Of a stretch of 64,000 nucleotides of DNA, positions 50,115 through 61,681 are shown piece after piece. The notes below the pieces were generated by a model, which searched no databases, was not told where the DNA came from, and saw only the letters and a program-made list of their open reading frames with translations. How positions within the stretch are numbered: position 1 is the stretch's first letter; each line of letters starts with the position of its first letter. Origin of the DNA: Hydrolagus affinis (Eukaryota); the NCBI GenBank assembly GCA_012026655.1, contig JAAILG010001161.1:1-64000 (forward strand), in the 5' to 3' direction. The translations under genes and the position numbers were made by a program.

Positions 50115-50410
50115 CCTGCATTTGATACAGTGCCTACTACTGAAACATCTCAAAGCACTTAACAGTTAATTGCTGTCAAATGTAGTGACTGGAGAAATGA
50201 GAACAGCAACCAATTTGTGCACAGCAGTATCCCACAAACAGCCATAAAGTACATGAACAATTTATCTGGAGGATTATTTACTGTGCCACCAGGAGAAGCT
50301 ATGTTATCTTTGAATAGTGCCACAGGGTCGCTAACATCCACCTGAACAGGCAGTCAAGACTTTAAATGGCTTATCTGAAGGAAGGCGCCTCAATCCAGCA
50401 CTCCCCAAAG
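50115..50410 (-). mobile_element. DeuSINE-like copy
   Basis: Tail plus tttgaatagtgccacagggtcgctaacatccacctgaacaggcag...cttatctgaagg. Confidence 0.65.
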
Positions 50411-53400
50411 TTAATCCCTTTACAACAAATTGCATTCATATTGTGCCCCTCACCGGGGTAGCCTACCAGAGCGCTTGTTTGCTTTGCTGTTTTTGAGACT
50501 AGTGGGATGTCCTCCCACTATGAAAGGCGCTCTATCAATGCAATTTTGTTGTTGTATGACGGCTTAACATTTGTAATGGTCAGAAAGCTAAATTTAAATG
50601 ACAAGGTTGTGCAGGTTAAGAAGCCCTTTTGATCTAGAATCAAATAAATCCAGCGGAATTACTCTTCCTTTCAGCATTTCACAGGATAGCACCTTTCTCT
50701 GCCCTCACTAACACTGAATCTTCAATCTCGTTTTGGTGTCACAATTCACGCTTATGCTAGCGATAATAAACTGGAGTTTCATTTCCTGTTAAAGCTGTCA
50801 AAATGCAATTTTTTTTAAAAGCTGATGGTTTAAGCAGGTGGCTTGACTATTCAGTGTTCCTGATGGGCTCTGAATCCGCTACACTATTATATGATACTAT
50901 ACAACAGCTGCTGAACAAAATGTAAAAGCTTCAAATATTCACAGTTGTTGTTCACAGAGGATCTGCAGCGTTTCCATAATTCCACACAATTATTGATAAT
51001 TTCCCACATACTGCATCTAACACCAATTCTAAGTGGTGCCAACACATCCAAGCAGCTTACCTCAAGAATTTGGAGAATTTCTGTTAATCTGCAATATAAA
51101 AAGCAAGTTGGGAATGACTAGCAACAGGATATTTTTTTGCCCCCCCCTTCTTGCTTAACGGCATTGATTTATGTCAGTCTTGGTCTGCAGGCTTCACCTG
51201 TCCTTCGATAGGCACTTAATTAACTGTTTTTTCGCATAGAGTTTAGACAGTGAGTTGCTGCTGATTAATTGTACACTGTCTATCTCAATCCATCAGAGGT
51301 CCCCAGATAGTAGTCCCTCCTTGCTGATATTTCAATATATCCCAGAATGTGAAATGTGTGTGTGCAGGGGCAACAGAAAGAAGTGAGTGATGGAAGTTTG
51401 TGGTTAGAAGTTGCAATGGTGGAGGCAGCACTTTTCAAATGCTCTGATGGCAGAAAATGGTTCCTGTAGCATTTTAGGCTACATCCTCGTATCAATACTA
51501 GGTCTAAATCCTTGCCCATCTTTCACTTTCACAAGTGAAAGTGGCGTGAACTTTTACTGACTTAAATGGGCAATGCAGTGTCTTGGTGGGTGTACAGTCT
51601 CTAAAAGTTTCCTGTTTGTTTATTGAAGGAATTTGTCAATATCTTGTCAGTGTAAGATGTATTTCATACCCCGAGGTTACATAAAGAGTTTTATGGATGA
51701 GTGTAAAATCATTGAACCAGACCAACTATTTAAAGACATACTGAGGTCAAAAGTTGCAATAATCAAATATGACAATCTTTGAAACAGTGCTTCCTCTCAG
51801 AAATGTTAAAAAAATACATTTGTAAAGTGAAAGCTCCATCAGGCTAGAAGACCTGCCTGTTTGTGAAAAATATTTCTGTATCCAGCATTTTACTCATTTG
51901 TTGAAGCTGGTGTCCAGTTGTGGGTTATAGTTCTGAGAGTAGAATGTCTTATTTATGCCATGTTCTCAGCTTATAATTTTTGTTCCAGAAAACTTGACTG
52001 TAGAAATATCACAGCTAAGTACAATCCTATCTCTGGCTAGGTTCCCACAAATATTCATAGTTTCCAGACAGGATCATTAAACGTTGCTCAAAACAGAACG
52101 TTGGCCATGTGGAGTATTTAAGTGAATCATGCACTAATCTAAATGTGTTAAAATGTGCTGATCCCATTCTTTTACATCTAAACAGCAGCTTGAAAGGGAG
52201 GGTTTTTCCCAGAACAAGACTTGGATTCCAGCTAAAAAATGACTGCTGTCTTTTCCTAAAAGCACATGCCAGATACTCACCAAGCCCGTTTTGAAATGCT
52301 GCTTATTTACAGGATGGAAGTTTAAAATTGTAGCAAATGCATTAATCAAGTAGAGCTGGCCTGAGAGGAGATGAAAGGAGCAGTGCTATCAGACAACAAG
52401 TTGGAGGGGGAATAGATTAAATAAATTTATAAATGTATTTTCTAACACTAACAAAGAGGGGGCAGAAATCCCAAAACTCAGCATAATGCATTAAAACACC
52501 CAACCTCTTGCAAGTCTGTTCTCACCCTCACAGCCACATGTGAACACTTTCCAAATGGTTGCTAGTTAGAGATCAGGGGGTGCATAACCTGAGTGAGGAG
52601 AGAGGATACGAATGTATCATATAACCTTACATCAACCATATAATTTTGATTTATAATCTGCGATTTTTCTAAATCTATTTTGGTGCTGCTTGTTAGGACA
52701 GATGCATTCCCCAAGATTATAGTGTGGTACAAATTTGTTATATACGATTCTACACATAGGCTATCAAGCAGCTGAAGCTTCAAGAGTGAAATCACAGAGA
52801 AAGTTTATAAAGCACAGCCTGTGTTTCAAGCGGTGTTCACATTGACTCTGGTTATATTAGCTGGTTGGATTTTAACATTGCTCAGTGTGCAAAATTGAAA
52901 TTTCACAGTTTCTTTTAGTCTCTCCCCCTACCCCCACATTAAAATGTAAATAGTGAGTGAATATCTCACTTGCAGTAGTTTGAGAAATCACTATGACTAC
53001 CCCAGCTGACTTGAAACAACTCAAAATTGTATAGTCCAAAGCACACCATTCATAAGATTACATTTACGTGGAAATATAGGAAAAACCCTGGGTCAGCAAG
53101 GGTTACACAAAAATACTGTTTAAAAGCTGTGTGATGACGTTTAAGGTAAGAAATTGAGGAATGCAGCAGATGTTTGGAAATGAGTTGTGCATCCCCCCAC
53201 CAAAAAAAACTACTGACTGAACAAGCTGAGACTTGTATGGCTTTCTGTCCCAATCCTAGTCAGATTACTCGCTAAACCAAGCACAACTCCATTCAGCATC
53301 TACTTATAATGTGGTGTTGAGCAAGGGAAGTTAATTTTTTGAGCAGCAAGCAGTTTGGGGCCCCATTTAAAAACTTTGGGAAGTTGTAAAATGACGGGGC

Positions 53401-54129
53401 AAACTGGTTTTGTCCTGCTGCACAAAGAGCCTTTATACTGCAGCTGTGTACTAATGGAGTTTAACATCTACATTTGTTCTCAAATAGCTCAAATAGTTTC
53501 CGATTCTTTCATAAGTACAGGGGAAACAAATAATCTGATAAAGATGTAGTGCGAGAAGAGAGTGTTGATGGAATGCAAAACCTTGTTCCACTATGTCTTT
53601 TCCTCCCACTTTTAGGTCAGTGTATGTCACAAAAGGACTGTGGTGTTAAAAATATTGGAATTCTGAAATGAAAACCGAAAATAATAATACAGCGCCTTAT
53701 CACATCTTCAAGACATCTCAAAGCACTTCACAGCATACACTGTGTGCAGAAAGTGATCACCGTGCTTTAGTATTCAAACTAGACTGAGAGTTCCACATTT
53801 TTATGCCACCTACAAATCAAAATTTCCGTGAGTCTAGAATGGTAATTTGTTCTGCCTTCCAGGGTGGTTCACCCAGTTTACCTAATCCAGGGAGAATTTG
53901 GTGCAGGTTGGCTAGAGCCAAGGCTTGAGGATCACTGGACCGGTTGCAATCTTTGCAACTTTTTTTGGACTTTATCTTTGGTGTCAGGTTTAGGTTCCTT
54001 TTTTTAAAAAAATTTCAACAGAATAATACAAAATGATTTTACTCTTTCGAGTGAGGCTGAATAAGATGTCAATCCTATAAAACTGTCAGTGTCCATGTAG
54101 ACTGAAGCTCATTTACATAACCCTACATT

Positions 54130-54332
54130 ACCTTGGGCAACTTTCCTTACTGACAAAAAATTGGTCATTTCAGTCTGGGACTGTTTGTGGGGACTCCTGT
54201 GCACAATAAGCTAGTTGCCATGTTTCACTCACAATTTATACAGTCAATTCACTTTACAGTACATTCTGTGAAGCGCTTTTAGATGTCTAGAAGACGTGAA
54301 AAGCGCTATATCCAAATACAAAGATTATTATT
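54130..54332 (+). mobile_element. tRNA-SINE 3' part
   Basis: ccttgggcaactttccttac...aattggtcatttc...tail. Confidence 0.85.
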
Positions 54333-55924
54333 GTCACAGAGTGTGCATGGGGGTACTGCTATTGGGAGCACTGTCTGATAAGCTTCACGCTATATTATAT
54401 AGAAGAAACAACATTTCAAGAATAAATACAGTACACGGGATTGGAAAAGGTACATGCAAACTGCAGTCTCGCTTGGAAATGATGGCTAGGCTACAGACAG
54501 AAAGGTGATGCTATAACAAATGAGGGTCTTGGTAATTTGAACCATGTCTTCCCAATAAACCTCTGTGTAAGGCATCAGCCCCTGGAATTGGTTACTATTT
54601 AAGGGTCTTTGAACATGCGATGAGAAGCATCAGGTTCTGGTCATTGAGGGCAGTCAGCAATGGATGCATGGAAACACTGTAAAGGACAAAGTGCAGGGGA
54701 GGAGTGGAGGAGGAGGAAAAAATAGATGAGAATTGTACATTGCAACATATCACTGAACCAATGCACAAAGACACCAGTATTTGTCAGACTATTAATTCAA
54801 ATAAATGTACTAAAGAACTCGCTGCCTTTTGGCGGACACAAGTCTTCATTGCAGTGAGAACAGATCCAATCAGTGCGACTTTAGTTTCCTTTTTGTTAAT
54901 CTTTTACAAAGATGTATTAATAATAATAATCACTTTGCAGTCTGCAATGGCAGAGTGGAAGGATCTAACACAGGGATTTTTAAATGAAAGTGCTGCAATG
55001 GTGCTATAAGTGACGCTTGCATATCATTGTTGCTTATTGTAAATGGGATAGCCAGAATAAACAAAAGCTGCGAGTTTAAGTAACTCACACCAACATGATT
55101 GAGTCATGTTTGTAAGTGCACAGGATATAAGGCTCTTGTGAAGTGGAGGAAGCACATCACTGCAACACTTCAGGCTGTTCACCTGTTCACACAATTTTTT
55201 TTACTATTTTAGTCGCACATATTCGTGACATGGAAAAAGTATCAATGGCACAAGTGGAAGGAATGAATAAACGTCTTCTAGTTTTCTCTGCCAGTTGTAC
55301 GGTGATGCTTTACACCAGTGCATCTAAATCTTAGCTTGGGTTTTGAATCGTTGGTGATAGTATTGAGGATACCTGGGCTGTCAAGGAACTGCAAAATAAT
55401 TGAAGCACACTCAATTATTGCCGGCAAGATTCTCAGTGATTCTCCTCTCCAACTCAAAAGGCAGCATTGATAGCTGGTGCCAACTCACGGCTGCCGTTGT
55501 TTTCCGGTGTAAACCCTGTCCAGTTGTATGTGGTTTTCTTATTATTGGCCTGTTTGGACCTGCACGCAGCGTAAGTCCCACTTTGAAAAGAATTGTGCAC
55601 ATGGAAAGAATGCGTGCAAACAGTTGATGTACCAAAGGAGCAAGCCTACAGCCCTGGCAGTCTCCATGCACTGCACAGCTGTTTCTATTTGAAGTGAATG
55701 TGCATTAAGTTATAGACATGGAACGAGACTGCGAGTGAGCACAGCTCTCAGCATCGAGCAATGTGTTCATTTGCCATAGCACTCTGCACCAGCAGACAGA
55801 ACCGTTCCTTTGTTTGGCATTGGCAATAATTGAATAGACAACACTAAGCAAATTAATGTTTTCAATCTCTGCTCAGAAGGTGAAATGCTAGAGATCAGCT
55901 ATTGTTCGTTTCTGGAGTTGCTCC

Positions 55925-56695
55925 TGGATCGTTAGGTGGGTCTCAAGTCTGTATAAGAGCCAATTTTCTCCTGTTGAATGTCAACAAGAGCAACGCCCTC
56001 CTTCTTGGCTCCCTTCAAAGCCTCCGGACCTCAGTCTCTGACAGCATCACTATTTGTGGATGCACTCTCCACTTCACCAAGCCACTACAGAACTTTAGTG
56101 TCTTATTCGACCCTGAACTGTCTTTTAAGTCCTACAACCATGCCATGACTCACTTAACCTTCCCCCACCTCCGCAACATTGCAAATTACCGCCACTAACT
56201 CCCTGCTCGCTGGACTTCCCAATTCTTCCCTCCACAGAACTGCACTTAGCTTTGTGAGCCGATCACCCCCATCCTTGCCTGGCTTCACTAGCTCCTCATC
56301 CTCGCTTCTCAAACCCTCCATGTCTTGCTCCTCCCTACCTCTGCAACCTGCTAAAATGTTATCAGCCTGTCTTCTCCTTCCATTTGGTGGGCAGTGGACT
56401 ACTTCATGCCCCCACCTTACCTGCTCTACCATCTTCAGTTGAGCATTCAGCCTTTCTGTCATCACTCTCTGGAACTCCACTCTGGAGTCCCTTCCCATGA
56501 CTCCTTCAAGACCTGATTCAAGACCGTCCTCTTTGACTGTGCCTTTGGTCATCCCCGGAGTCACTTTCTCCCCCCCGTCACCTTTTCCCTTCATCAATCT
56601 TGACTCCAACCCCAGTTTGGATGCAAATCCTTTGCTTTGAAGCACCTTGGGCCATCCTTGTAACAGGCATTTTGTAAATGCAATTTGTCGTTATG
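55925..56695 (+). mobile_element. Degenerate L2 LINE 3' fragment
   Basis: ANFLLLNVNKS..VLFDPELSFK..HLRNIA and NSLLAGLP; ends agcaccttggg...aatgcaatttgtcg. Confidence 0.85.
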
Positions 56696-57212
56696 CCCCA
56701 GTCTGCTGTATCACATCTTAGTCTTCAGGCAGTCCTTCATTTTCCGTTTTATACACAGCAGCCCTGCTCTGTCATTTCCCATACACATAACTACCTTTAT
56801 GTCTTATGTAATTACTAAATCCATTTACCAGCTTCAGTCTTAACTGCTTTCTGATGACTGAAACTTGACCCTTCATAATTTTACATTTTTTCGTGTACAA
56901 GTCTTGGCAAGTGACAGTCATCTTGTGTTTACCTGGGAAGGGTCGAATAAGACCTAAGTAGTTTAAATCTTTTCCACTCTTATTTCTGAAACGTCACTGT
57001 TACATTAACAGCACTGTTGCAGAAAGGCTGGTCTGCAAATGTATGAGAGTGGGGGAATGGAACAGAAGTGCTGATGTGAGTGGATTAGTTGATAACTGCT
57101 GACAAGAGCTCCGAGTAGGTGTTGAATAGTTTATTAGCTGCATATGCCATCTTCTAGCATTTAGAACCCACTCTACATTGAAAGGTGTCATTTACATTGA
57201 AAGGTGTCATTT

Positions 57213-57525
57213 TGTGGAGTCCTGTAGATCAGTGGTTAGAGCACTCGCCTTACAAGCTAGAGACCTGGATTCAATTCCAGGCAGGGCGAAACCGTGGGCA
57301 ACTTTCCTTTCTCAACACACCTAATAATAATCCCTATATTAAAAAAAGCAATAATAAATTATTCATTTCAGTCTGCAACTGTTTGTGTGACACTGCTGTG
57401 TGCAATTGGCTGCTGCGATTTGCCCACAAATATACAGTCAATTCACTTTACAGTATATTCTGAGAAGCGCTGAGACATCTAGAAGACATGAAATCACTAT
57501 ATCAAATGCAAGGATTATTATTATT
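57213..57525 (+). mobile_element. Young tRNA-SINE, full length, preceded by a 19-bp tandem duplication (57174-57212)
   Basis: tgtggagtcctgtagatcagtggttagagcactcgccttacaag...tail (TTA)n. Confidence 0.9.
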
Positions 57526-57799
57526 TGTAAACTCATACCACTGCAGTCCCGATTGTCTGAAGGTTCTCTCCAAAACAGTGCAATGGAATTATATAGCCTG
57601 TTTCAGCAGTTAAGGTGGCTCAGTTCTGCTTACTATACATTTTAAATGTATAGTATGTGTGGTATAATATTTATACATTTTAAAGGAATGTTTGTTACTT
57701 TACAACCCAGCCATGCTTGTAGTGCTTGTGTCTGCTGGAGAGGGCCTGTAGGGAGTGAGGGGTTTTGGTGCAGTATGTTTAGTTCGGTGATTTAATATA

Positions 57800-58055
57800 C
57801 ATAATCCTTACATTTGGTATAGCGCATTGACACGTCTCAAAGTGCTTCACAGGTTATACTGTAAAGTAGGTTTACTGTATTTTGGGGGCGAAACACGGCA
57901 GCTAGTTGGAGTGAGGATCAATTTTATTTGGGGGATTGTTGGCCAGGACACTGGAAAAAAAACACCCTTCTCTTTTCAAATAGTGCAGTACCGTTTAACA
58001 TGCACCTGAACAGGCAGATGAAACCTCAGTTTTACGTCTTATCTGAAGGACTGGC
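57800..58055 (-). mobile_element. DeuSINE-like copy carrying the young-family tail
   Basis: Tail plus gttggccaggacactgg...tttcaaatagtgc...cacctgaacaggcagatgaaacctcagttttacgtcttatctgaagg. Confidence 0.7.
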
Positions 58056-59308
58056 TGATGGGATTTACGGCTATGAGTGGGTGAATGGATGACAGAGATT
58101 GGGTGAGTTGTGGTCAATAGAATTCTGTGTGGACCTTCCCAACGAGTGATCAGGGTGCCCTGCCCTGACTCACATAAGAGAACAAGAACACTCAAAAATG
58201 TGTTCAGGATTATGAATTATTGAGTACAAGCCTTTAACTGGGTGCAGCTTGTGCTAGTTTTTGCTGTTTGCAAGACCATTGTTTTTGAGCAGAATGTAAT
58301 GTACATTCATTTAAATGTATTCATAAAATAACTGCAGCTAAATTCCTCAATATGAGGAGAACTCTGCTGTTTACAGCTTTGCCTTACAGAATGACGGACT
58401 TGCCTATTTCCAAATATATTGAGGAAATCAGACAGGCTGGTTAGCACTGCTTTGAATTACAGCAAGGGTTACCTGGCTTTGCCAAGTATGTCTCCTCAGA
58501 AATCTGTTCAATCCCTATGAGACACCACAAAGGTTTATTTATTACACGGTGAGCCGATTGTCTGCCTTCTGTGCCATAAATTTCTAGTAAATTTTCAAAG
58601 TTTATGTAATTCAAGGTGCTTTATCCAGACATACTTATCTCATTTGCCAAACATCACTGTGGAAACTGAATTTCAGGCTTGTTCAGTGGGTTTCATCCCT
58701 GAAGTCTGTTGCCATATGGTACAATATATTATGGGAACAAGAATGCTCCAGACAAAATGTGCTATGAAATAACAATTAGAATGTGTGCTGTATCATTTGT
58801 TAAAGCTGCTGAATGAAATTAACTGCATCTAATAACATCTGTTACTTGTTCTGCAAATATGTCAATGCTATTTTGTGATGCATAGAAAAGCATGCATTAC
58901 TAAATGGCACAGTCTGTTGAAGGGGACAAAAAGTCAGGGCTCTAGGTCGCATTAATTTGTAGTTTGGGAAAATAATGAACAATAAAGCTCTTTCACCGTT
59001 TGATTAGATTAAATATGAAAATGGAGATAAATAGGAAAGCTTCAAATGTGAAATAAAATGAATCCGGAAATTTGCGGGAGCTCAAACAGGATTGGGATGG
59101 TGGTGTGGGGGGGTTGGTGGAACAATGACTGCATGATCCTTTATCAGAACCTATAAAAATGCATAGAGTATAATTACATGCCTAAGTGGTAAATGTCTTT
59201 TTTTTCTCTCTCTTTGATGCTAATTGACCTGCATATTTCCAATAGTTTTAACTCGAACGTGAAAATGCTTTTGACCCAACAATAACATTTCTGTGTCTCG
59301 TTTTCCAG

Positions 59309-61681
59309 ATTACAGAGGCTGGGAAAGAAACCCTGCCCTCATGGCTTCACTGGGATCCTGTGAGTCACTCTCTACAAGGCCTGCCCCTGGACACAGACAA
59401 AGGAGTTCATTATTTCACTCTGTCTTCCCTGGAAGTGGCTGCCAATGGAAGTCTTGTGCCTGTTGCCTCAGACATCTTCTCCATTGAAGTTCTGCTGGAT
59501 GACTCTTTGGACAGCAATTCTTTCCATTTGGCATTGCAGGATGTCAAGGAAGTCGCCTCTTTGATCTGTGTACCTGAAGAGCCCCTCACCATCTTGACTG
59601 TGATCTTGGACGCTGACCTGACCAAAATGACAGCCAAGCAACGTTTGGACCTATTGGATAGAATGCGCAAATTCTCGGAGGTGGGACTGCAACAGATGAG
59701 GCTTGTTCCGGTAGTCAATAACAGGCTGTTTGACATGTCCGCCTTCATGGCGGGGCCTGGGAATGCCAAGAGAGTGGTGGAGAACGGGGCTTTGTTGTCT
59801 TGGAAAATCGGGTGTTCGTTAGACCAGAATAGCGTTCCCAATATCAGCAACGTAGAGGTCCCCGCCAAAGAGGGTACCATGTCAGCTCAGCTTGGATATC
59901 CAGTCGTCGGCTGGCACATTGCCAACAAGAAACCTCACGTGACTAAACGAATGCGACGACAGATAAATCCCACTCCAACACCTGTTTTTGCAGTCCAACC
60001 ACCAACAACCTCTGTGATTGAACCTCCTAGTCGTATAGTACCAGTGCCCACCTCTCCAGCAATTGCTCCAACCTCAGAGGGAATGGTACCACCAATCAGG
60101 CAGCCATTGCCAATGGTACCCATCAAACCGACTGTCACAGTCAGAACGAAGGACACAATTCCTCACACTCCCACACTGGGCCCTGTCCAGCCGACAAGGG
60201 TAGTGGAAAGGACAAGTACAACTATCCCTGGTCAAATCCAACCTACTGTGACCAGACCTGGTTATATCGAGCCCACAGCAGTGGCACCTCCGCGTGCAAC
60301 CAAGAAACCTAAAGTAACTACTTTGAAACCACATATTACCACTCCACCAACAATTACTGTAGGCACTAAGGGGCCAAAAGAGACCAAAACGCCTCGTCCC
60401 AAAAAGCCAACACACTTGCCACCCACTAAACGCACCACCATTGGGGTTTACACCACAAGACCATTTGTCTACAACACTCCACCAGAGCTTCAAAACCATG
60501 TTGACCGTGTCGATGCATGGGTAGGCACCTATTTTGAGGTTAAAATTCCGTCTGATACCTTTTACGATAAGGAGGACAAGACCACTGACAAGTTAAGGTT
60601 GTCCCTGAAACTGAAGGAACAGCAGCAGCTGGGAGAGAACTCGTGGGTGAAGTTCAACAGCACAAGTCAGTTGATGTATGGCTTGCCAGATGTCAACCAA
60701 GTGGGTATGCACGAATATTTCTTGCACGCGGCAGACAAAGGTGGCCTTACGGCAGTAGATGCTTTTGAGATTCATGTACACAAGCGGCCACACGGCAGTA
60801 AGTCCCCTGTGAAATTTGCCGCGAAATTCAAGGGAGATTATCAGTCGGTGGTGAACAACGTCAACAAGAAAATACAACTAGTGAAGAAACTGGCCCAATC
60901 ATTTGGAGATCGCAACTGCAGCACTTTGACCTTACAGAGTATTCAGGAGGGATCTATCGTGGTGGAATGGACCAATAATAGTCTCCCGCTTGATCCCTGC
61001 CCGAAGGAGCTAATTCGAATTTTAAGTAAACGTATAGCGGATGAACACGGTAAACCTATCCAGGGCTTCACAGACCAAATGGAACCGGATTTTACCCCAA
61101 TCAACGTATCCGTTACTGGAACTGGCAGCTGTAGAAACATGCAGTTTGTGCCTGCAGTTCGAATGAGAAAACCATCTCCCACCTCCAAACCGCATCCTAC
61201 TCAAGATGCAGCCCTGCCCAAGAGCAGTCACGGAGACGTATACCTGCACACTGTTATCCCAGCGGTGGTTGTAGCTGCCATCCTCCTTATTGCCGGCATC
61301 ATCGCCATGATTTGCTACCGCAAAAAACGGAAAGGGAAACTCACCATCGAGGACCAAGCCACCTTCATCAAGAAGGGCGTGCCCATCATTTTTGCAGATG
61401 AACTCGATGACTCCAAGCCTCCCCCTTCATCAAGCGTCCCACTGATCCTGCAGGAGGAAAAGCCACCTCTTCCCCCTCCAGAGTACCCCAGCCAATCTGG
61501 CCACGAGTCTATACCTCTGGGACAGGACCTGATTGGAGAATACACACCCTTGAGAGAAGAGGACCCCAATGCGCCGCCCTATCAGCCTCCTCCGCCTTTT
61601 ACAGCACCAATGGAAGGTAAAGGCTCCCGCCCAAAGAACATGACCCCATACAGATCCCCACCGCCCTACGTCCCACCCTAA
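59309..61681 (+). CDS. DAG1: Dystroglycan precursor, large last coding exon (aa 93-882: rest of alpha-DG and all of beta-DG)
   Basis: Acceptor tctcgttttccag|ATT, in frame with the 773-aa ORF. Contains [34 protein letters not shown], furin site RMRR|QINPTPT, a mucin region, G|SIVVEWTNN autocleavage site, TM helix [29 protein letters not shown] and C-terminal PPPYVPP*. Confidence 0.99.
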   Translation: MTEAGKETLPSWLHWDPVSHSLQGLPLDTDKGVHYFTLSSLEVAANGSLVPVASDIFSIEVLLDDSLDSNSFHLALQDVKEVASLICVPEEPLTILTVILDADLTKMTAKQRLDLLDRMRKFSEVGLQQMRLVPVVNNRLFDMSAFMAGPGNAKRVVENGALLSWKIGCSLDQNSVPNISNVEVPAKEGTMSAQLGYPVVGWHIANKKPHVTKRMRRQINPTPTPVFAVQPPTTSVIEPPSRIVPVPTSPAIAPTSEGMVPPIRQPLPMVPIKPTVTVRTKDTIPHTPTLGPVQPTRVVERTSTTIPGQIQPTVTRPGYIEPTAVAPPRATKKPKVTTLKPHITTPPTITVGTKGPKETKTPRPKKPTHLPPTKRTTIGVYTTRPFVYNTPPELQNHVDRVDAWVGTYFEVKIPSDTFYDKEDKTTDKLRLSLKLKEQQQLGENSWVKFNSTSQLMYGLPDVNQVGMHEYFLHAADKGGLTAVDAFEIHVHKRPHGSKSPVKFAAKFKGDYQSVVNNVNKKIQLVKKLAQSFGDRNCSTLTLQSIQEGSIVVEWTNNSLPLDPCPKELIRILSKRIADEHGKPIQGFTDQMEPDFTPINVSVTGTGSCRNMQFVPAVRMRKPSPTSKPHPTQDAALPKSSHGDVYLHTVIPAVVVAAILLIAGIIAMICYRKKRKGKLTIEDQATFIKKGVPIIFADELDDSKPPPSSSVPLILQEEKPPLPPPEYPSQSGHESIPLGQDLIGEYTPLREEDPNAPPYQPPPPFTAPMEGKGSRPKNMTPYRSPPPYVPP

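Noticed and set aside
56851-56960. Hammerhead-like words CTGATGActGAAAC (56851) and hairpin GGGTC-GAATAA-GACCT (56940)
   Set aside because: The first has no helix II; the second lacks intact CUGAnGA and GAAA cores.
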